Of a stretch of 27,430 nt of DNA, positions 1 to 6,533 are shown piece after piece. The stretch spans positions 1 through 27,430 of the forward strand of contig DSBB01000330.1 of assembly GCA_011046175.1 (NCBI GenBank), given 5' to 3'. This DNA comes from Candidatus Hydrogenedentota bacterium (GTDB taxonomy: Bacteria; Hydrogenedentota; Hydrogenedentia; Hydrogenedentales; CAITNO01). How positions within the stretch are numbered: the stretch's first letter is position 1; each line of letters begins with the position of its first letter. A program made the position numbers and the translations under genes. The notes beneath the pieces are model-generated. The model was not told where the DNA came from and did no database searches. It worked only from the letters and a program-made list of their open reading frames with translations.

Positions 1-616
1 GCGCCGCGGCGCATTGATCTGTTGCGGCGGTAACGGCGGTGACTACGGCGACAATTTGCGCGCCTTGTTTCAACACAAGGTCTACATTGTCCAACTTGAT
101 GCCGCCCATGCACGTAAAGGGGATGCGCAGATGAGGGGCGACTGCTGCGATGAGCTCCGGTCCCACGTCGCCGGTGGGCGTTTCCTTGGTCTGAGTGGGA
201 AAAACGGGGCCGATGTTTACATAATCCGCGTCCGCATCCTGCGCCGCCAACGCTTCCCCGAGGTTATGTGATGACGCGCCTATGATGAGTTCAGGCGCAA
301 TGCGTCGCGCCGCCGCCACCGGCAAATCGCCACAACCGAGATGCACGCCGTCCGCCGCCGCCGCCAAGGCAATATCAACGCGGTCGTCAACTATGAAAAG
401 CGCGTTCGCCTCGCGCGTCCTTGCCCGCCAGTGGCATGCCAGATCGAACAGCGCGCCATCGGCAAGGCGCTTTTCACGCAACTGCACAATCCGCACCCCC
501 GCTTCCAGACATCTTTCAAGGGTTTGAAGCGAAGAACGTCCCGCACAGAAGGATTCGGTGATCACCACGTACAGATCGGTTTCGCGCAAACGCGCCGCCA
601 AAGCTTCCCGCGCCAT
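1..616 (-). CDS. thiE: Thiamine-phosphate synthase, 3' end runs off the left edge
   Basis: Not in the ORF track. Manual translation from ATG 616: MAREALAARLRETDLYVVITE...GVRIVQLREK...LFIVDDRVDIALAAAADGVHLGCGDL...IIGASSHN...DYVNIGPVFPTQTK...PFTCMGGI. These are the TMP-TenI motifs QLREK, DDR, DGVHLG, G-S-H and GPVFPTxTK. Starts 2 nt after the thiS stop. Confidence 0.92.
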   Translation of the reverse strand, partial: MAREALAARLRETDLYVVITESFCAGRSSLQTLERCLEAGVRIVQLREKRLADGALFDLACHWRARTREANALFIVDDRVDIALAAAADGVHLGCGDLPVAAARRIAPELIIGASSHNLGEALAAQDADADYVNIGPVFPTQTKETPTGDVGPELIAAVAPHLRIPFTCMGGIKLDNVDLVLKQGAQIVAVVTAVTAATDQCAAA

Positions 617-618
617 GC

Positions 619-822
619 TTATCCCCCCGGCACAAAGCGTACCAGTTCCACGGTGTCGCCCGCCTTGACGCCGGTGGCGTCGAAACGTTCCCGTTCCACA
701 ATTTCATCGTTAACGAGCGCGGCAACCGTTTTCGGGTCAAGCCCCAAGTCGGCAATCAACCCGGCCAGGGTGACGCCTTCATCCGTCATCCGCGTTTCGC
801 CGTTCACCTTTATTTCAATCAT
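619..822 (-). CDS. thiS: Sulfur carrier protein ThiS
   Basis: 67 aa, starts IKVNGE, ends VRFVPGG with the C-terminal Gly-Gly; adjacent to thiE. Confidence 0.92.
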   Translation of the reverse strand: MIEIKVNGETRMTDEGVTLAGLIADLGLDPKTVAALVNDEIVERERFDATGVKAGDTVELVRFVPGG

Positions 823-954
823 GACGTAGATATCCCCATGTCGGCTTCCATTCGCAACGTCGAAAACGCCGCCGGAATTTCAACGCGCGGCGGGACTTTC
901 CGTCCCATTTCCGCGCGCCTTCCCCGGCAACTATGAATGTCGGTTTTATTCCGT

Positions 955-2199
955 TTATCCCGCCGTGATGGTTCGCGTTTCATGATCATATAGCTGCCGT
1001 CGGCCGGTGTCCGCGGCCATCACGCCCATGAGGCAGGCGATGGCATGCTGATACCCGGCGTCAATGTCCGCATTGGGCGCTTTGCGGCTGCGTATGCATT
1101 GCAGCCAGTCTTCCACATGATCGGGACGCTCAATGTTCTCCACGCGCTCCCGCTCCTTGGGCAGTTCGGTCTCGCCGTGCGCGCCCTCGCCGGATACATA
1201 CACGTTGTTCCAATCGGTCAAATCGAGCACGCCCTTGTTGCCGTAAATCTTCATGCAGTTTCCGCTGCCGTTGCCGAAATGCGTCGAGTAGTGCGCCTTG
1301 AAGCCTTCTTCATATTCCCAAACCGCGGTTGCATGGTCGGGCGCGTCAAAGTTATTTTCATCCTTCCAAATATAAGTGCCCGCCATGCCCACGCAGCTGC
1401 GCGGGAACTTCGCGCCGGTGATGCAATGCACAAGATCAATAAAATGGCTTGCCAGTCCGGGAATGGGGCCGTCGGAGAATTCCCGATGGCCGTACCAGCC
1501 CGAACACATCACGGGGTCGAAAGGACGCATGGGCAGCCCGAACAGAAATTCCGGCCAGTCCACATCCTCTTCATGCACTTCACGAATGTAACTGTACCAA
1601 TACGGACGCGCTCCGTTGCGAAACTGTTCTATGCGCCCTACCTTGCCCAGAGCGCCCGTGGCATAGAGTTGTTTCGCGCCTTCAATGCTGCCGAGGCTGC
1701 GAATTTGCGTGCCCGCCTGCACAACAACATCATTCGCCTTGACCGCATCGTAGGCGGCTTTCAGCTCGTCAAGGTTCTTCGCCAGCGGTTTTTCACAATA
1801 CACGTCCTTTTTCGCTTCCGCCGCGTGTTTCAACATGGTGGCGTGCTGATGATCACAACAAACGATGACAACGGCGTCCAAGTCCTGCTGAGCAAGCGCC
1901 TCTTTGTATGACGTGTACTGTCGCGCCTCCCTGCCAAAAATATCCCCGCAGATTGCCGCCGCTTCACGGCGATGGGCGCCCCAGGGATCGCACACGGCGG
2001 TAACCTCCACATTCTCACTTTGGGCGTAACGCTTGAAGGCGGGCAGAAACGTGCCGCGCCCCCGGCTGCCGCAGCCTATGATGCCCACGGACAGACGATC
2101 GTTCGCGCCCGCGCTCTTCGCATAACCAAGGGCGCTCAAGGTCGCCGCAGCGCCCGCTGTTGTCTTCAGAAAATCGCGTCGTGTCGTATGTTCAGCCAT
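955..2199 (-). CDS. Tat-exported Gfo/Idh/MocA-family NAD(P)-dependent oxidoreductase
   Basis: Start moved to ATG 2199 (GGAGG upstream). TRRDFLK Tat motif, GIIGCGSRG Rossmann motif, CCDHQH, DVYCEKP, GTQIRS. Confidence 0.88.
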   Translation of the reverse strand: MAEHTTRRDFLKTTAGAAATLSALGYAKSAGANDRLSVGIIGCGSRGRGTFLPAFKRYAQSENVEVTAVCDPWGAHRREAAAICGDIFGREARQYTSYKEALAQQDLDAVVIVCCDHQHATMLKHAAEAKKDVYCEKPLAKNLDELKAAYDAVKANDVVVQAGTQIRSLGSIEGAKQLYATGALGKVGRIEQFRNGARPYWYSYIREVHEEDVDWPEFLFGLPMRPFDPVMCSGWYGHREFSDGPIPGLASHFIDLVHCITGAKFPRSCVGMAGTYIWKDENNFDAPDHATAVWEYEEGFKAHYSTHFGNGSGNCMKIYGNKGVLDLTDWNNVYVSGEGAHGETELPKERERVENIERPDHVEDWLQCIRSRKAPNADIDAGYQHAIACLMGVMAADTGRRQLYDHETRTITAG

Positions 2200-2262
2200 T
2201 GGAAATACCTCCATGTTGCATTGTAGGGAAAACCACAACGTGCATGTGTGTGGATGCATGGT

Positions 2263-2291
2263 ATTATGCGCCTATTACTGACGGGATGCAA
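2263..2291 (-). promoter_or_regulatory. Sigma70-type promoter for the Gfo/Idh/MocA gene
   Basis: Minus strand TTGCAT-17 nt-CATAAT, about 60 nt upstream of the start codon. Confidence 0.55.
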
Positions 2292-2344
2292 ATGCATGTT
2301 GACTAAAATCATGCCCGGCGTTGTTTCCAGCCGAAAACGGACGG

Positions 2345-3343
2345 TTATGCCGTCACCCTTCCAATCGCCTCCAGACCCGCATCGTGCAACAACCCGTTCG
2401 ACGCGAACAAACCGATATTTTCGGTGAGTTTACGCCCCCTTGTGAAATCGAAGGGCTTCCCGTTCAAATCCGTTACGCATCCGCCCGCCTCTTCGAGAAT
2501 GATCGCGCCGGCGGCATGATCCCAGATGCATTCCCGGTAATCGGGGCGCGACGGCGACAGCAGCCGGAACAGCAGTTCCCCATGGCCCGCCGCAAGCGCG
2601 GCGTATTTCGCCTGACTGTCCATGCGCGCCATCTTGTCATGGGAAATGCCGAGATGCGCGGCGATGCCTTCGATCTGATCCACGTTGGTGTGGCCCGCTT
2701 CAAAGGAGCGCAGCAGCCGCGCCTTGACGGGCGCGGCGCAATCAGACACGCGCATTCGCGCATAGGGCGCATCCGCGTCGTTCAGCGGCGCGCGCCATGC
2801 GCCCGCGCCGCGTTGCGCGATGGCCAGCGCGCCGCAGCCGCCGGGCGCGGGCATGCAGTTTGCGTCCAGACCCGGACAGGCAAGCCCGCCCAGCGTAACG
2901 CGCCCTTCTTCCAGCAACGCCAGCGCCACGGCGTACTGGTCGCCGCGCCGATAGCCCTTCGTGCCGTCTATCGGGTCCAGCGTCCAGAAACGTTCGCCGG
3001 ACGCATCCGCGCCGCTATCAATCCACGCGCATATTTTGTCGCGGTTCGCGCCGGGAATCAGCGCCGCCACATAGCCGACAATGACATCAAGCATGGCGGC
3101 GTTTTCCGGGTCGCGCAGCCGGTCGGCGTTTTCCTCGGCGACCAACGCGGCGTCAGGGAAAACGTCGCGCAACCGCTTTGCCGCCAGCGCCTGAATCGCA
3201 AAATCCGCCACCGTCACCGGCGACAGATCGCTCTTCGTCAGGTTTATCACGGCCATGTCCTGTTGAACACGCCGGGCAAGCCCGGCGCTCTCGCGTAGCA
3301 CGGCAACAACAAGAGACATCTCAGGAGAGTTCAAATTCAGCAC
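2345..3343 (-). CDS. 3'(2'),5'-bisphosphate nucleotidase, HAL2/SAL1-like (inositol monophosphatase superfamily)
   Basis: SPVTVADFAIQAL, AEENAD, FWTLDPIDGTKGY, MDSQAKY, ECIWDHAAG, FDFTRGRKL. GTG start at 3343 chosen from an upstream AAGGA; ATG 3319 is an alternative. Confidence 0.85.
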   Translation of the reverse strand: MLNLNSPEMSLVVAVLRESAGLARRVQQDMAVINLTKSDLSPVTVADFAIQALAAKRLRDVFPDAALVAEENADRLRDPENAAMLDVIVGYVAALIPGANRDKICAWIDSGADASGERFWTLDPIDGTKGYRRGDQYAVALALLEEGRVTLGGLACPGLDANCMPAPGGCGALAIAQRGAGAWRAPLNDADAPYARMRVSDCAAPVKARLLRSFEAGHTNVDQIEGIAAHLGISHDKMARMDSQAKYAALAAGHGELLFRLLSPSRPDYRECIWDHAAGAIILEEAGGCVTDLNGKPFDFTRGRKLTENIGLFASNGLLHDAGLEAIGRVTA

Positions 3344-3419
3344 AAAAAGGTCCTTTATAGCGTGGATTGAGGAAGTGGGACGCATGGGATACATGTATTT
3401 CCCGATAGCCGACAGCGTG

Positions 3420-3455
3420 TTATTCCATAAGTCCCATAAGTCCCATAAGTCCCAT
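3420..3455. repeat. 9-nt tandem repeat (AAGTCCCAT x3 plus one degenerate copy)
   Basis: ttattccat aagtcccat aagtcccat aagtcccat, read directly from the sequence. Confidence 0.9.
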
Positions 3456-3492
3456 ACCTGCCCAGTATACCATAAGAGAACCCTTTGATATG

Positions 3493-3723
3493 CAGCCCGG
3501 TCAAGTCCGTAATGTTATGCGAGCCGGCATCCAGTATTGTAATCCCTGCCAAGGCGGTCTCCTCGATAGGGTCTGCCGGACCGAGTCCGAGTCTATTGCG
3601 GAGTACGCTTTCCAAGCCGGGATCGGGGATGGTGACCGCTGCTGCGGCCTAGGTGGTCATTACGGTTGCCGCGAGGACGCATAACAGGGCGATGCGGCAG
3701 AGGTCGGAAGCGATGTTTCTCAT
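3493..3723 (-). pseudogene. N-terminal remnant of a secreted internalin-like leucine-rich-repeat protein
   Basis: GAGGA RBS and ATG 3723: MRNIASDLCRIALLCVLAATVMTT*(TAG 3651-3649)AAAVTIPDPGLESVLRNRLGLGPADPIEETALAGITILDAGSHNITDLTGL. Signal peptide with an in-frame stop, then an LRR N-cap; similarity ends at TDLTGL. Confidence 0.72.
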
Positions 3724-3971
3724 GATGTGTTCCTCGTTGTTGTTTTCAATTCTTATCTCTGCGTAATTCAGAATTCCAACGTGGCTAAGGTGCAAGTAAC
3801 TCGCTGTGCCATTTATACTGCTTCGACTTATTATGCTTGCTCTGGCGCAGGCGTTCAAGTTTTCTGAAGGCATGTCTTTCCCCGGCCTGCGTGGTGCCGT
3901 CCCGGGGGTAGTGTGTGTCCGTGTTCGCGGGCAAAGCAGGGATGCCCGCCTCACTCCCATCCCACACCCAA

Positions 3972-3997
3972 AAAAGTAAACGGGGGCGTTTACTTTT
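3972..3997. terminator. Perfect 11-bp hairpin, possible bidirectional intrinsic terminator
   Basis: AAAAGTAAACG-GGGG-CGTTTACTTTT, giving U-runs on both strands. Confidence 0.5.
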
Positions 3998-4278
3998 CCA
4001 CCCGACCGTTTCTCCCTTTTCCCCTTTATTTCAAGCCAAATTCCGCCTGCACTGCAAACCCACTGACAACACTATAGGGGAACAAAACGCATAAAGGAGA
4101 ATTGTCATGCACAAGGAAACGAAGACTGGCATACACGCCACAGCGGGGTGTCTGTACCCGCTTTCGCCCCTTTTTTCCAATCGCGCCACCACCGAACACA
4201 ACAGAACCACAACATACAGGGGCATCCAACAGGTTTTAATACCATATCATGTGGTTTTGCCCGAAATCGGTGCGAACC

Positions 4279-4358
4279 AAAAACGCGAAAAAACGTCGAA
4301 AAAATGCAAAAACACGTTAAAAAAAGAACAAAAAATGACCCAAAATGAGTCAAAAAAA
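4279..4358. other. Eight helically phased A-tracts (predicted bent DNA)
   Basis: A4-A7 tracts start at 4279, 4288, 4299, 4308, 4319, 4330, 4342 and 4352; mean spacing 10.4 bp. Confidence 0.75.
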
Positions 4359-4412
4359 GAGATACATAACTGTGGCGCCGGTAACCGTTTTCTCATGGAC
4401 TGCAATGCCGAC

Positions 4413-5396
4413 CTACACCATCAGCACACCGCTCTCGATGTCTGCAATCAGGTCCTTGATCAGGCTGATGCTTTCCGGCGGGAAGTGCCATTGCTGAATC
4501 TCGCGCTCGCTGAGCAGGTTCTGCAGTTGCGGCAACACCAGCATGTCCCTGGCGATGTCGCTGGGCAATGACCGCGCGATGAATCCTTCTTCATCGAAGG
4601 TGTCAAAGAAGCTCTGCAGGCCGCGCTCGGCGTCGCCGCCCACCGCGCCGAAATCCTGCCCGTAGATGTGCAGCGAGCAGCTGTAATCGGCATAACTGCC
4701 CACGCGCACCTTCCGTCCGGTGCGCTGTTCTATCTGCCGGGCAATGGTCTGTTGCAGGAAGGTGATGGCGATGAGGTTGTCGCCCCATGCCTTGTACAGG
4801 TCGCGGGAACGCCACATGGTGTTCATGTTCAGCACGAGGTTGCCTTCGGCGTCCTCCGGGCAGCGCAGCTGCACCTCGCGCAGACACGGAATATCCTCCT
4901 GCAGATAGGGGTCGAGATTCGGCGCCGACGTGGAGGCGACGGCGCGCCGCGAATAGGGCGTTTGCGCGATGCGTTCGATGGCAAGCGCAATCTGGTCCAC
5001 CTCGCCGGTCGCGTCCGGATGGGCGAACAGCCGCTGATGATAGGTGTACGGCCATTCCTGCGCGGTCATCTCGCCGTCCACCGCCTTGGCAAGTTCTTCA
5101 TAGGGAACCACGCGGTAATCCTTCACGCCCATGATCTCCGCAATATACACGCCCACTTCGCAAAAGGAGATGGGCGGGAAACGCGGCTGCGCAAAGGGGT
5201 CCTTCACCTCGATCAACACGCGCGCGTCGCGGCTCGGCGGGTCAATGTATTCGCCCGCGCTGTTCTTGCGGTCGTATTCGGTGCGCATGGCATAGCCATG
5301 TTCCCACACCGCCTTGATCGCCCGGAAATACGCCTGCGGTATGGAATCGCCCACCACATGCAGTGTCGGCAACCGTCCGTCATTTTGTCGCGTCAT
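4413..5396 (-). CDS. thyA: Thymidylate synthase, archaeal-like ThyA
   Basis: ATG 5396 with GAGGAG RBS. YTYHQRL, DQI, PYSRRA, catalytic PCL, MWRSRD...AWGDN (Asn at the dUMP-specificity position), SLHIY. Confidence 0.72.
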   Translation of the reverse strand: MTRQNDGRLPTLHVVGDSIPQAYFRAIKAVWEHGYAMRTEYDRKNSAGEYIDPPSRDARVLIEVKDPFAQPRFPPISFCEVGVYIAEIMGVKDYRVVPYEELAKAVDGEMTAQEWPYTYHQRLFAHPDATGEVDQIALAIERIAQTPYSRRAVASTSAPNLDPYLQEDIPCLREVQLRCPEDAEGNLVLNMNTMWRSRDLYKAWGDNLIAITFLQQTIARQIEQRTGRKVRVGSYADYSCSLHIYGQDFGAVGGDAERGLQSFFDTFDEEGFIARSLPSDIARDMLVLPQLQNLLSEREIQQWHFPPESISLIKDLIADIESGVLMV

Positions 5397-5465
5397 TTGA
5401 AACTCCTCTTCCTTTGTGTTATCGCTGCGCAATTATTCGCCCTGACAATTGCGCGGCATTCCCTT

Positions 5466-6251
5466 TCACCGAAAACGATCCCACTGGGGATCGTGATCAA
5501 ATATCCAGCGGTAGTAATCCTTCTGTTCAAGTTTGTCCGCGGCGGCGGCATCGGCGATGACAGTGCAGTTTGGATGCAGTTGCAGCGCGCTCGCGCTGAT
5601 CATCGAGGTCACCGGCCCTTCCACGGCCCGGGCCATGATGTCCGCTTTGTTTGCCCCGGTTACCAGCATGACGCACCGCGCCGCTTCGAGGATGGTGCCC
5701 ACGCCCATGGTGATGGCGAAACGCGGCATGTCCTCCGGCGAATCAAAAAGCGGCGAATTCTGTTCGATGGTTTTCGGCGTCAGCGCCTTTACGCGGGTGC
5801 GCGAAAACATGGCGGACAACGGCTCGTTGAACCCGATGTGTCCCGTCTCGCCTATGCTCAGCAGTTGCAGATCAATCCCGCCCACATCTTCGATCAACGC
5901 GTCATAGCGCGCGCCCTCCGCCTCCGGGTCCGCCGCCATGCCGTCAGGCAGATGCGTATTGCGCAGATCAATGTTCACCTTGCCAAACAGGTGATGGTTC
6001 ATATAATAGCGATACGAGTTCTTGTGGGTCGGCGGCAAACCCGCATACTCGTCCAGATTAAAGGTTACCGCGAGCGAAAAATCCAAGCCATCCTGCTGAT
6101 GCATCTCTACCAGCCGCGCATAAAGCCCTTCCATCGTGCGGCCGGTGGCAAGCCCCAGCACGGAAGTGGGTTTGATCGTAATCTGATGGGCAATTACAGC
6201 GGCCGCAAGTTCTATGGCCTCTTTTTTCGTGTCGCGAATGATAACTTGCAT
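5466..6251 (-). CDS. nagB: Glucosamine-6-phosphate deaminase
   Basis: Start at MQVIIRD (ATG 6251). VLGLATGRT, TFNLDEY, GGIDLQLLSIGETGHIGFNEP, AITMGVGTI, SALQLHP. Confidence 0.93.
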   Translation of the reverse strand: MQVIIRDTKKEAIELAAAVIAHQITIKPTSVLGLATGRTMEGLYARLVEMHQQDGLDFSLAVTFNLDEYAGLPPTHKNSYRYYMNHHLFGKVNIDLRNTHLPDGMAADPEAEGARYDALIEDVGGIDLQLLSIGETGHIGFNEPLSAMFSRTRVKALTPKTIEQNSPLFDSPEDMPRFAITMGVGTILEAARCVMLVTGANKADIMARAVEGPVTSMISASALQLHPNCTVIADAAAADKLEQKDYYRWIFDHDPQWDRFR

Positions 6252-6533
6252 GTTTTCTTGTTCCCGGCGTTCCCGCAAAACCACTTGTCTGCGTTTCAAC
6301 GATATTGTAGCAGATGCCCGGGCGTTTGTTGATAACGCCTGTGTGAACGCATGGCAATTCAATTTTTGCATTCGGAGTTTTGCGTAAATATAACACTTTC
6401 TTTTCCCGTGGGATTATGGTATGATTATCATATAGCAGGTTTTACGGAGTCATGCGTGTTTTTCAGATGACGCCCCATACTGTCACTGTCATTGCGCATG
6501 ATGAAAAGATAATAAGATTGGAGGACACAAGCC

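Noticed and set aside
3649-3651. In-frame TAG as pyrrolysine or amber read-through
   Set aside because: The gene is truncated shortly afterwards anyway, and TAG serves as the normal stop of the propeller gene (20153-20155).
3970-4410. AT-rich region as a replication origin
   Set aside because: No DnaA boxes (TTATNCACA) seen, and no origin-associated genes nearby.
4107-4571. 154-aa ORF with a strong AAAGGAGA RBS
   Set aside because: Its Lys-rich part is just the A-tract array, it overlaps thyA antisense by ~160 nt, and it has no recognisable domain. A short real peptide is not excluded.
4413-5396. ThyA-like gene as a phage or defence DNA-modification hydroxymethylase
   Set aside because: It has Asn at the specificity position, and no phage, kinase or glycosyltransferase neighbours.
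4668-6332. Long antisense ORFs (554 aa here; also 1045..1911, 2321..3298, 15483..16445, 16530..17468, 22221..23405, 25422..27227)
   Set aside because: Shadow ORFs opposite well-supported genes, typical of GC-rich codon bias; no motifs.
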